From positions 12,906,500 to 12,926,499 of the forward strand of contig NC_057719.1 in the NCBI RefSeq assembly GCF_004010195.1: a DNA stretch of 20,000 bases, written 5' to 3'. Under the pieces are notes generated by a model, which had not been told where the DNA came from, ran no database searches, and saw nothing but the letters and a program-made list of their open reading frames with translations. Below are positions 1 to 9,779 of this stretch, piece after piece; the first letter of the stretch is position 1, and each line of letters starts with the position of its first letter. Position numbers and translations under genes: made by a program. This stretch comes from Chiloscyllium plagiosum (lineage: Eukaryota).

Positions 1-590
1 GGGAGTAATTTGTGTTCCAATCACTATCTTGTTTATTAGTGGAACAAAATTCAGGTCCTCTGAGCTCGACCAAGAACCACAATATTATGTACATTGTGGT
101 AATTGATTAACATAATTATAAACGTGTTTATTGACTTTTGCGTCTGTACCTTTCTAGGGTCTAGGAATAACCTCTTGTGCTCTTAGTTATCATTCTGTCC
201 ACTCTTTCAACACAAGTTAACATTTCAGTTAAAATAACATCGAAAAATGTTACATTTCTCCACGGCATCAAATATTGGGCTGTCCCTCGATACCCAATCC
301 CACGAACAAGTATTTTTTAAAATGAATCATTTCGGGAGTAAGCTAAATAGCTAGATATGGTTCACAAGATCGATTACTGAAAATGGCAGACTTTCAAGAC
401 AATAGTGTTTTGTTAGAAACTATAGCAGAGGTTTCCATTCTCTTTCACCTAGGAACTGCTAGGATCTTCCTGTTGTTGGGACCTGTGTTTTCAGACCTAG
501 TCTTTATAAGGGCATGGGCCCAATATCACTTTCTAGTTCACCTTTAATTCCTTGTTTGTCAAAGTGTAATTCATCAGGTTAACAACTAGT

Positions 591-1055
591 TCATAGAGTC
601 ATAGAGATGTACAGCACGGAAACAGACCCTTTTGTCCAATTCGTCCAAGCTGACCAGATATCCCAACCTAATTTAGTCCCATTTGCTAGCACTTGGCCCA
701 TATCCCTCTAAACTCTTCCTATTCATATACCCATCCAGATGTGTTTTAAATGCTGCAATTGTACCAGCCTCCACTACTTCCTCTGGCAGCTCACTCCATA
801 CACGCACAACCCTCGGTGTGAAAATGTTGCCCCAGAGATCTCTTTTATATCTCTCCCCTCTCACCCTAAACCTACGCCCTCTAGTTCTGGACTCTCCCAC
901 CCCAGGGAAAAGACTTTCTCCATTGACTCTATCCACGCCCCTCATGATTTTATAAACCTCTATAAGAACACCCCTCTGCCCCCGATGCTCTGGGGAAAAC
1001 AGCCCCAGCCTAGTCAGCCTCTCCCTACAGCTCAAATCCTCCAACCTTGGCAACC
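591..1055 (-). mobile_element. CR1-clade LINE (HER1-like) 3' fragment
   Basis: The (CTCTATGA)n tail reads tcatagag repeats on +. The ORF2 C-terminus reads LGLFSPEHRGQRGVLIEVYKIMRG...GESRTRG...LDGYMN. Confidence 0.9.
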
Positions 1056-1159
1056 ATGAATTACTGTTTCTCCTCTTGTGCTGAACATTAGAACCAAGGG
1101 ACCTCCTGATCCTGAAGAGATGCTTTGGTACTCTGGAGAATCTGTGGGAAGTCAATGCT

Positions 1160-1250
1160 AATTCACATTGGATACAGCAGAGTTGTTTTCCCTTGTAGGA
1201 CGGTCTAGCACCAGAGGGTGCCATCTCAGAAGAAGGGATTGCCCATTTAA
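1160..1250 (+). mobile_element. Old CR1 ORF2 C-terminal fragment
   Basis: Translates LFSLVGRSSTRGCHLRRRDCPF, resembling the CR1 FPLVGESRTRGH.L...G..F segment. Confidence 0.55.
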
Positions 1251-1430
1251 TGATGTGGAGGTGCCAGTGTTGGACTGGGGTGGACAAAGTTAAAAATCAC
1301 ACAACACCAGGTTATAGTCCAGCAGGTTTATTTGGAAACACTAGCGTTTGGAGAGCTGCCTGACCTGCTGAGCTTTTCCAGCAATTTTGTTTCTGATTTA
1401 CAGCATCTGCAGTTCTTTCGGTTTTTATTT
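1251..1430. mobile_element. Chimeric PLE-derived insert: family A arm (-) joined to a family B/C-type 3' end (+)
   Basis: 1251-1359 is the reverse complement of the family A end at about 2310-2420. 1355-1430 (gctgcctgacctgctgagcttttccagc...cagcatctgcag) resembles 19094-19156. Confidence 0.75.
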
Positions 1431-1913
1431 GACGAGTTACAGATGTCGTCTATGATTAATTCAGAACACATGCATAGCTTAGCATTGCTTAGAAGGGAAT
1501 GGCTATGGCTCCTAAATCTCCCCATCTGGTTCGAATTGATAGAGATGAATTGCTACAATAATTCAATAATTTTATGTAAACAGCAGGATACTGAGAGGTG
1601 AACTAGGTGGATTTTAGCCTTTTATTATTTAGTGATCCCTACACTCTGTTGCTGGTTGGGCCCCAGTTATTATCGTACGGGTCATTGCTTGAGGGAATCA
1701 GTCTTCTGCTGATTGGCATTTGGGACATTTGCTCCAAATGCTGCCAGTGGTTTCTAGCTGTCTTCTCTTACCCTCATCTCGCTATCCGTGCACTAAATAA
1801 CTTCAAACCGGCCCTGCACTGCGTCTGTCAGATGTGTAACTGACCCCCAACACAACATTCAGATCGCTACAAGTTTAAAATCACACAACACTAGGTTATA
1901 GTCCAACAGGTTT

Positions 1914-1954
1914 AAGCACTAGCTTTCGGAGCGCCACTCCTTCATCAGGTGGTT
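1914..1954 (-). ncRNA. Minimal type-I hammerhead ribozyme motif, family A, intact core
   Basis: Minus strand reads AACCAC CUGAUGA A GGAGU GGC GCUCC GAAA GC UA GUGCUU. Stem I is CAC/GUG, stem II has 5 bp, helix III is the palindrome AGCU. Confidence 0.8.
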
Positions 1955-2295
1955 GTGGAAGACACATTTGTAAGACACAGAATTTATAGCAAAAGTTTAC
2001 AGTGTGATGTAGCTGAAATTATACATTAAAAAATACCTAGATTGTTTGTTAAGTCTCTCATCTGTAAGAATGACCATGTTAGTTTCACTTCTTTTATTCT
2101 CAGGTTAACCTGAGAATGTAACTTTTTTAAAAAAAAGTTTTGTGATTTACATATGAAAGAGGTGAAGCTATCATGGTCATTCTAACAGATGAGAGGCTCA
2201 ACAAACAATCAAGGTATTTTTTAATGTATAATTTCAGCTACATCACACTGTAAACTTTTGCTATAAATTCTGTGTCTTACAAATGTGTCCTCCAC

Positions 2296-2336
2296 AACCA
2301 CCTGATGAAGGAGCGGTGCTCCAAAAGCTAGTGCTT
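2296..2336 (+). ncRNA. Hammerhead motif, family A, with a G12-to-A core mutation
   Basis: AACCAC CUGAUGA A GGAGC GGU GCUCC AAAA GC UA GUGCUU; the GAAA box has become AAAA. Confidence 0.7.
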
Positions 2337-2776
2337 CCAATTAAGCCCATTGGACTATAACCTGGCGTCGTGTGATTTTTAACTTTGTAAGCCCAGTCCA
2401 ACACCGGCATCTCCGAATCAAATAGCACCTTTTACATAACGTCCAGGAGCAAAAGTAAAACAAAAGAATACATCCACCAGAATGTTTTAGACACACTTCC
2501 TGTGTCGTGTGGAGTTAGTTGTATTGTCATGGGGCAACTGTAGAGAGGTCTTGACATTCTCTTGTCTCAGTGCATAATCCAGAACAGTAACCAATGACAA
2601 CTTATATTCCTGTAGTTTCTTCGATGTTGAAAAATATTTCCAAAGTCCTTCACAAAGTAGTAAAGGTTTCCATCCAGTAGGTGATCCTCCCATAATTGAA
2701 TAGCCTGAAAAGCAGTCACTGTCAAGACATACAAATGAAGCTTGGTTCTTTTGCTCTGCACCTGTCCCCTGCGTAG

Positions 2777-2914
2777 GTCGTTACTGGGAGATGGTTGAAA
2801 GGTTAAAGGTCAACCAGTTCTATGGAGCGCCCACTGCAATTCGACTCCTGCTGAAGTATGGAGATACCTGGGTGAAGTCACATGACCGGTCTTCTCTGAA
2901 AATGCTGGGCACAG
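2777..2914 (+). CDS. ACSS1: Acetyl-CoA synthetase (ACSS1-type) internal exon A, 138 bp, phase 1/1
   Basis: Boundaries cgtag|GT...ACAG|gtcagt. Translates (G)[45 protein letters not shown](V), closely resembling vertebrate ACSS1 ([29 protein letters not shown], recalled). Confidence 0.95.
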
Positions 2915-3509
2915 GTCAGTACACAACATGTGCTGTGTGAGAGAAGGCTGTGCCTGGTCATTGGAGCCCTGGTGAATACTACCCTGCTCTGAAAAGAGGC
3001 CAAGATGCCAACACATGCCTTTCCCCATTCAGCTGGTCTCATGCATAGCTCATCGGCAGAGGAGCTGTCTGCTGGTGGATTACTTTGTCAGTCCTGTCCC
3101 TCTGGATACGTGCAGATGGACAGAAGATCATTTGACATGGCAGGAGATAACTGCTCTCTCCCGTACCCTGACTAGAATTATTGGCAAAATGTCAGTCACT
3201 TCCTCACTCAGTATGGTAGTGAGCTCAGGCATTGACATTATGACTGAGGGCTATAGCACCTTCTAGGAAGCTGATCCCCAGTTGGACAATGAGCCAGAGA
3301 ATAACATAACATAGAAGGAGGCAATTTGGCCCATTTCCCTGTGCTAGGTCTTTGAAAGCATTCCAGATCAGTCCTCCTCCCCTGCTAATTCCCCATGATC
3401 TTACAGATTTTTCTTCCATTTCAATCTTCCATTCCAATACTCTTTTAAAAGTTGCCATTGATTCCAGTAGTCTTTTAGTCAGTAACACATCACAACAACT
3501 CACTGTATC

Positions 3510-3737
3510 AACCATCAACACTCTTCATTGTGAGGCTGCTTATCTTCAGAATTCTCGAACCTAGAACGGTGTGGAAACTCAGTCATGAGTATGTTTAAAA
3601 TGGAGATTGATAAATCTCTATTTCTTAATGACATCAAAGGGATACATTGACAATGTGGGACAAAGGTGTTGAGGTGGATGAACAGCCATTGGCAGATCTG
3701 AATGGCCAATCTCTGCTCCTGCGTTCTTATATTCTAT
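3510..3737 (+). mobile_element. Old CR1 3' end
   Basis: Contains tatgtttaaaatggagattgataaat (FK.EID) and the tail gaatggccaatctctgctcct...ttcttatattctat. Confidence 0.6.
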
Positions 3738-3760
3738 CCTCTCTTGGCTACTTTGACAAT

Positions 3761-4215
3761 TAGAGCCATAGAGATGTAGAGCATGGAAACAGACCCTTCG
3801 GTCCAACCTGTCCATGCCAACCAGATATCCCAACCCAATCTAGTCCCATCTGCCAGCACCCCGCCCATATTCCTCCAAACCCTTCCTATTGATATACCCA
3901 TCCAAATGCCTTTTAAATGTTGCAATTGTACCAGCCTCCACCACTTCATCTGGCAGCTCATCCCATACCCATACCACCCTCTGTGTGAAAATGTTGCCCC
4001 ATAGGTTTCTTTTATATCTTTCCCCTCTCACCCTAAACCTATGCCCTCTAGTTCTGGACTCCCCGACCCCATGGAAAAGGCTTTGCCTATTTGCCCTATC
4101 CATGCCCCTCATAATTTTGTAAACCTCTATAAGGTAACCCCTCAGCCTCTGACGCTCCAGGGAAAACAGCCCCAGCCTGTTCAACCTCTCCCTGTAGCTC
4201 AAATCCTCCAACCCT
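3761..4215 (-). mobile_element. CR1-clade LINE (HER1-like) 3' fragment
   Basis: ORF 3840-4211 reads LSYRERLNRLGLFSLERQRLRGYLIEVYKIMRG...; closely similar to 591-1055. Confidence 0.92.
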
Positions 4216-4301
4216 ATTGCTTTAAATCTTTGTATCCTCTGGTTACTGGAACTGACAATGGCAAGAGTTTCTCATTTCTTACTTAATCAAAACCTCCCTC
4301 G

Positions 4302-5942
4302 TAGAGTCATAGAGTTGTACAGCATGGAAATAGACCCTTTGTCCATGCCAGCCAGATAATTTAAACTGATCTAGTCTCATTTAGCGGCATTTAGCCCATA
4401 TCCCTCCAAACCCTTCCTATGCAGCTACCCATCCAGATGCCTTTTAAATGTTTCAATTGTACCAGTCTCCACCACTTCCTCCAACAGCTCATTCCACCCT
4501 CTGCAAGAAAAAGTTGCCCCTCATGTCCCTTTTAAAACTTTCTCCTCTCACCTTAAACCCATGCCCTCCCCCACCCCAGGGAAAAGACCATGGCTATTCG
4601 CCCCATCCATGACTCTTAGGATTTTATAAACCTCTGTAAGGTCACCCCTCAGCCTCCGATGCTCTAGAGAAAACAACCCCAGCTTATTCACCCACTCCCT
4701 GCAGCTCAAACTCTCCAACCCCAGCAATATCCTTGTAAATCTTTTCTGAACCCTTTCAAGTTTAATAACATCTTTCCTATAGCATGGAGACCAGAATTGA
4801 ACACAGTATTCTAAATGTGGCCTCACCAATGTCCTGTACAATCGCAATATGGCATCCCAACTCCTATACCCAATGTACTGATGAACAAAGGCAAGCATGC
4901 CAAATGCCTTCTTCACCACCCTGTCTGCCTGTGACTCCACGTTCACAGAACTAAGCACTTGTACCCATGGGTCCTGTTCAGCAACACTGCCCACTGCCCT
5001 ACCATTAACTGTGTAAGTCCTGCCCTGGTTTGCCTTACCAAAATGCAGCACCTCACATTTATCTAAATTAATCTCTATCTGTCACTCCTCAGCCCGTTGG
5101 CCTATCTGATTAAGGTCCCATTTAACTCTGAGGTAACCTTCTTTGTTGTTCAATTTTAGTGTCATCTGCAAATTCACTAATGATACCTCTGAAATTCGTA
5201 TCCAAAGCAGTGGGCCCAGCACTGATCTTTGCGGCACACCGCTGGTCACAGGCCTCCAGTCTGAAAAACAACCCTGTACCACCACACCCTGTCTTCTACA
5301 TTCAAGCCAATTTTGTATCCCAATGGCTAGTTTCCCTGGATCCCATGTGATCTAACCTTGCCATCCAGTCTACCATGCGGAACCCTATTGAATGCTTTGC
5401 TGAAGTCCATTCTGCCTTCATCCATGTTCTTTGGTACTTCTTCAAAAAACTCAATCAAGTTAGTGAGACATAATTTTCCACACACAAAGCCATGTTGCCT
5501 ATCCCTAATCAGTCCGTGCCTTTCCAAATGCATGTAAATCCTGTCCGTCAGGATCCCCTCCAACAACTTACCCATCACTGATATCAGGCTCACCGGTCTA
5601 GAGTTCCCTAGCTTTTCCTTACCACCTTCCTTCAATAATGGCACCACACTAGGCACCCTCTAGCCTTCTGACACCTCACCCCTAACTGTCAATGATGCAA
5701 ATATTTCAGCAAGGGGCTCAGCAATCTCTTCCCTAGCTTCTGGGAAACATTTGATCAGATTCTGGGGATTTTAGACCTGCAGTACCCCTTGCCCTGTAAT
5801 ATAGACACTTTTCAAGCCTTCACTGTTTATTTCCCCATGTTCCCTAACTTCCATATTCTTCTCCGCAGTAAATACTGACACAAAATATTTGTTTAGTATC
5901 TCACCCATTTCCTGTGGATCCACACAAAGACGGCATCATTGA
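4302..5942 (-). mobile_element. CR1-clade LINE (HER1-like), 5'-truncated, with a decayed RT domain
   Basis: Disrupted frames carry NSRPVSLISV, QHGFV.GK.CLTNLIEFFEEV, MDFSKAF, VTSGVPQ.SVLGPLL and LYRTLVRPHLEYCVQFWSP. The tagagtcatagag tail is at 4302. Confidence 0.93.
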
Positions 5943-6039
5943 CGGTCTCCCCAAACGATCTCTGCTTAATAGAGACAAACTGCAGATTCTAATGTCTCAT
6001 CAGACAACTGAAGTCCTTCACCCCTGGTTACAAACTAGT

Positions 6040-6140
6040 AAGTCTCCTTCAGAACCCCCTCAAGACCTCGCCATCCTTTCTAAAGCCTAAGGGACAGAAC
6101 TGGGCACAATATTCCCGCTGAGGCCTAACCAGTGTTCTAC
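6040..6140 (-). mobile_element. Old CR1 fragment
   Basis: Minus strand translates RTLVRPQREYCAQFCP. Confidence 0.6.
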
Positions 6141-6165
6141 GTTCAGGCTCTCGGTTAAGATGTCA

Positions 6166-6510
6166 GGTGGCACAGTGCCTCGGTGGTTACCACTGCTGTC
6201 TCACAGCGCCAGGGACCCAGATTCGATTCCCCCCTCAAGCTACTGTCTGTGTGGAATTTGCACATTCTCCTTGTGTCTCTATGGGCTCCCTCTGGATGCT
6301 CCAGTTTCCTGCCACAATCCAAAGATGTGCAGGTTAGCTGGAGTGGCCATGCTAAATTGCCCCATAGTGACCAGGGATGTATGGGCTAGCTGGGTTAACC
6401 ATGGGAAATGCAGGGTTACAGGGATAGGGCAGGGGGCATGGTATTTGAAGTGTCGGTGTTGACTCAATGGGCTGAATGACCTGCTTCTACGCTGTGGGGA
6501 TTCTGTGATT
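6166..6510 (+). mobile_element. tRNA-derived HE1-like SINE (V-SINE type)
   Basis: A/B-box-like head (ggcacagtgcctcggtgg...gattcgattccc), central tttgcacattctcc...gtgcaggttag...ggccatgctaaattgccc, and a CR1-like tail. Confidence 0.85.
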
Positions 6511-6571
6511 ATATTAATTTGGGAGTGAATAAAATTAACTATCTCATTCTGTCTGACTTTTGATTTTTCAG

Positions 6572-6664
6572 TTGGAGAGCCCATCAACCCTGAGGCATGG
6601 GACTGGTATTATAGAGTTGTTGGGGATGGCAAATGCCCAGTGGTGGATACTTGGTGGCAGACAG
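6572..6664 (+). CDS. ACSS1: ACSS1-type exon B, 93 bp, phase 1/1
   Basis: Boundaries tttttcag|TT...ACAG|gtaaga. Translates (V)[30 protein letters not shown](E), with the acetyl-CoA synthetase GEPIN and DTWWQTE motifs. Confidence 0.96.
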
Positions 6665-6694
6665 GTAAGACAGTTACGTACTGGTCCTGTCACT

Positions 6695-7035
6695 GGATGG
6701 GTAATCAGTGGGCCATGCTAAAATTCTGGGATCACGGGTTCAAATACCACTATGGCAGCTGGTAGAATTGAAATTCACTTTCTAAAATCTGGAATACGTA
6801 GCTGGTCTGCGTCACGGTGACCATGAAAGTATCATTGACTGTTGGTAAAAATTCATCTGGTTCACTACTATCTTTTAGAGAAGGAAATCTGCCGTCCCTC
6901 CCCAGTCTGGCTTACATGTGACTCCTGCCCACCCTGAAACGGCCTGTCAAGCCACTTAGTTCAACAATAATTCACGATAGACAATGAATGCTGGCTTGTC
7001 AGGGATGGCTACACCCCCATGAAAGAAAATAAACA
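6695..7035 (+). mobile_element. SacSINE1/Deu-SINE-like SINE
   Basis: B box ggttcaaatacc, catctggttcacta, gaaggaaatctgcc, catgtgactcc, and tail aatgctggc...catgaaagaaaataaa. Family name recalled, not searched. Confidence 0.65.
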
Positions 7036-7100
7036 CTGCAGACAAAGCCAGTCCGTCGGCATTGTTACCAAGTGATACCCATTGTCCAGTACATACGTTG

Positions 7101-7218
7101 AGGAGAAAGTGAGGTCTGCAGATGCTGGAGATCAGAGCCGGAGATGTGTTGCTGGAAAAGCGCAGCAGGTCAGGCAGCATCCAGGGAACAGGAGAATCGA
7201 CGTTTCGGGCATAAGCCC
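7101..7218 (-). mobile_element. PLE-derived family B insert, 5'-truncated at hammerhead stem II
   Basis: 114/118 identical to the reverse complement of 19054-19171. Retains GGGC UUAU GCCC GAAA CG UC but lacks CUGANGA. Confidence 0.85.
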
Positions 7219-7332
7219 ACATTGTTGGGTAGATGTCAGTGTTACAGCTGTACTGGAACAGCTTGGCTAAGGGCACAGCGTTAGAATGAAAAAAAAAATT
7301 GCATTTAAAGCTCTTTTGACAGCTATTAAGTA
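7217..7332 (+). repeat. 116-bp direct copy of 7973-8088
   Basis: 114/116 identical by eye, including the A10 run. Confidence 0.95.
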
Positions 7333-7344
7333 CATACGTTGTTT

Positions 7345-8035
7345 AACATTGAGGCCTGACTGTCGGCCAAACCTCAATGTTGTCCAGATCTTGTTGCATT
7401 TGAAATGGACTGTTTCATTGTCTGAGGAGTGGCTAAAGGTGCTGAACATGGTGCAATTGTCGGTGAACATCCCCACCTCTGACCTTATGATGGAGGGAAG
7501 GTCATTGATGAAGCAGCTGAAGATGATTCGGCCTAGGACACTACCCTGAGGAACTTTTGCAGAGATGTCCTGGAGCTGAGATGATTGACCTCTAACAGTG
7601 ATAACATGTTTCTATGCGCCAAGTATGACTCTAACCAGCAGAGAGTTTTCCCCCTGATGCCCATTGATTCCAGCCTTGCGAGGGCTTCTTGATGTCACAC
7701 TCGGTCAAATACAGCCTTGTATTAAGGGCTGTCACTCTCACCTCACCCTCTGGAATTCAGCTCTTCTGGTGTTTTAACCAAGGTTGTAATGAGGTCAGGA
7801 GCTGAGTGGCCCTGGCAGAACCCAAACTGGGCATCACCGAGCAGGTTATTGCTGAGCTGGTGTTGCTTGATAGCACTGTTGATGCCAACTTTACTGATGA
7901 TTAAGAGTAGACTGATGGGGTGGTAATTGGCCAGGTTGGATTTGTCCTTCCTGGACATACATAGGCAATTTGCCACATTGTTGGATAGATGTCAGTGTTA
8001 CAGCTGTACTGGAACAGCTTGGCTAAGGGCACAGC
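7345..8035 (-). mobile_element. Decayed LINE RT fragment (CR1/L2 group, distinct from the HER1-like family)
   Basis: Carries NYHPISLL.IISKV, QFGFCQGHSAPDLITTLV, and MFTDN as a decayed FADD. Confidence 0.8.
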
Positions 8036-8640
8036 TTTAGAATGAAAAAAAAAATTGCATTTAAAGCTCTTTTGACAGCTATTAAGTAAATGTTTGCAGT
8101 GCAGTCGCTTTTACAACATGCTAGGCAGTTGTAGAGATGATGGTTTCTACAGTTCTAAATGACAACGTATTTCAATCATCCCATTTGAAACCCAAGTGAT
8201 ACCTCAACTAAGCTCAGACTGCTTGGAGGCTGCGATGAGGTAACTGTTTGAGAGGCACCTATTGGTGCTCAAAAACATCAAAGCAAGAGAAAGCCATTCA
8301 AACCCTGCTCCAATCATCTGCCAGTGCTGAACTCCAATTAGTTGTGAAACTGGTCACTTTTGAATGAAGTGAGTCCTGTTCTCTAGAATGGGTTCCTGGA
8401 GGATTACATGATTTAAAAAAAAGGTATAACTTAAAAGCTGAAATATAAAATTAAAACAGATACCTAAGGGAGTAAATTCAATGTCTGAATCTGTCTCAAA
8501 AGTTCAACTTTTATTCTTTCCCACCTCAGTTCTTTCTCCTGTTGATATCTTGCTGTAATGTGGGAATTGAGTGCTCTGTAGTCTGTACTCCTGAAAATAT
8601 TGAGTGTGATCTCCTAACACCTTGAGTTCCGACACAATTC

Positions 8641-8717
8641 AAAGTCAGAAGTCACACGACACCAACAGGTTTATTTGAAATCACAAGCTTTCAGAGCGCT
8701 GCTCCTTCATCAGGTCA
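8641..8717 (-). ncRNA. Family A PLE-derived fragment with a hammerhead motif (8681-8717)
   Basis: Minus strand reads UGAC CUGAUGA A GGAGC AGC GCUCU GAAA GC UU GUGA; the closing pair of stem II is G-U. Confidence 0.7.
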
Positions 8718-8718
8718 G

Positions 8719-8732
8719 TGTGTGTGTGTGTG
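8719..8732. repeat. (TG)7 microsatellite
   Basis: tgtgtgtgtgtgtg. Confidence 0.8.
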
Positions 8733-8957
8733 AATTCCATGTATGGGTTTCTGTTCATTTGTGTGACTGTTAGGCAGGGGGAACTATTCATGTATTAATA
8801 ATACTAAAGCAGTGATGGGAACTGTCCTGAGGCTCTTTGCCCAATAAATAATTATGAGCATCTTTCAGCTTGGCACAATATCTGGGAACATTGAACGGAA
8901 ATGCATCGAGAGATACACAAACACTGCTATAAAATGCTGCAGTCGGTCACAGGGTAA

Positions 8958-8996
8958 GGAGTGGGGGGAGGGGGGGGGAGGGGGGGGGGGGAGGGT
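8958..8996 (+). repeat. Poly-G tract with G-quadruplex potential
   Basis: Four runs of three or more G separated by single A. Confidence 0.75.
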
Positions 8997-9222
8997 TCTG
9001 TGCTGAGATCAGAAACCACAGCAGCTGTCCCAAGCAGCTGTCCCTGTCACTGAAGGCTCTGGCCTTAAAGGGGCATTGCCCTTGAGGAAAATTGTCTGAC
9101 AGGTTTCTTGGAAGAAGAAGGGTCTGAGAAATGGTACTTACTGCCTAAAGTGGGGAGCACAACAAGCAAATCCGTGTGGGTTTTCATTTGCTTTCTTATT
9201 CGGGGCAACTCCAGATGGTGGA

Positions 9223-9400
9223 TTCTGGATCAGTGGTGCTGGAAGAGCACAGCAATTCAGGCAGCATCCGAGGACAGGCAAAATCGACGTTTCGGGCAAA
9301 AGCCCTTCATCATCCTCGGATGCTGCCTGAATTGCTGTGCTCTTCCAGCACCACTGATCCAGAATCTGGTTTCCAGCATCTGCAGTCATTGTTTTTACCA
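9223..9400. mobile_element. Fold-back PLE-derived insert (family B variant) with a 13-bp TSD
   Basis: Perfect 54-bp inverted repeat 9221-9274/9313-9366. tccagatggtgga occurs at 9210-9222 and 9401-9413. The loop carries a minus-strand hammerhead lacking C3. Confidence 0.9.
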
Positions 9401-9413
9401 TCCAGATGGTGGA

Positions 9414-9625
9414 GTTGAGTTTCCATCTTGAAACTGTGCAGACCCATGTTGGGACATCAGCAGCAATGTTAACGGATGGAATTCCAGGATTTTGACCCAG
9501 TGACAGTGAAGGAACGGTGGTATATTTCCAAGTCGGATCACAGAGTGGCTCAGACAGAAATTTGCAGATGGTGGTGTTCCTGTGTATTGCTGCTCCTGTT
9601 CTTCTAGGTGGAAGTTGTTATTTGC
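9414..9625 (-). mobile_element. LINE 3' region fragment (same family as 15375-15730)
   Basis: ggaattccaggattttgacccagtgacagtgaaggaacgg...tatttccaagtc is the reverse complement of about 15530-15590. Confidence 0.75.
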
Positions 9626-9680
9626 TGGCTGGCATACCGGGGACACGCCCTCACTCAAAAGATTTCAAAGGGGACCCAGG

Positions 9681-9779
9681 AAGAAAAACAGAAATTGCTG
9701 GAAAAACTCAGGAGTCTAGCAGCATTTCTGGAGAGAAAGCAGAGTTAATATTTCGGATCCAGTAATCCTTCTTCAGAAC
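9681..9779 (-). mobile_element. PLE-derived family C insert
   Basis: Similar to 18511-18600, and ends exactly at hammerhead stem I. Confidence 0.75.
9744..9779 (-). ncRNA. Minimal hammerhead motif, family C, intact core
   Basis: Minus strand reads GUU CUGAAGA A GGAUU ACUG GAUCC GAAA UA UU AAC. Stem I is GUU/AAC, stem II has 5 bp, helix III is the palindrome AUAU. Confidence 0.75.

Larger units (their letters stand above)
1871..2420. mobile_element. Fold-back (palindromic) PLE-derived element, family A, with a hammerhead in each arm
   Basis: 1871-2095 is the reverse complement of about 2155-2386. A perfect 22-bp palindrome attctcaggttaacctgagaat sits at 2096-2117. Confidence 0.85.

Noticed and set aside
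1..590. Possible additional ACSS1 exon at the window start
   Set aside because: No splice-bounded frame with recognisable acetyl-CoA synthetase sequence was found; the preceding exon presumably lies upstream of the window.
673..1287. The 204-aa minus ORF as a novel gene
   Set aside because: It is a chance read-through from unrelated repeats into the CR1 ORF2 C-terminus.
1871..2420. Fold-back elements as classical DNA-transposon MITEs
   Set aside because: The arms are unequal, the inversion point varies between copies, and there are no TA or 8-bp TSDs. The arms carry hammerheads, and family B is linked to a GIY-YIG end, which favours a PLE retro-origin. For family A this remains inference.
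9108..9431. Mirror-image ORFs on both strands (ILDQWCWKSTAIQAASED)
   Set aside because: An artefact of the perfect 54-bp inverted repeat.
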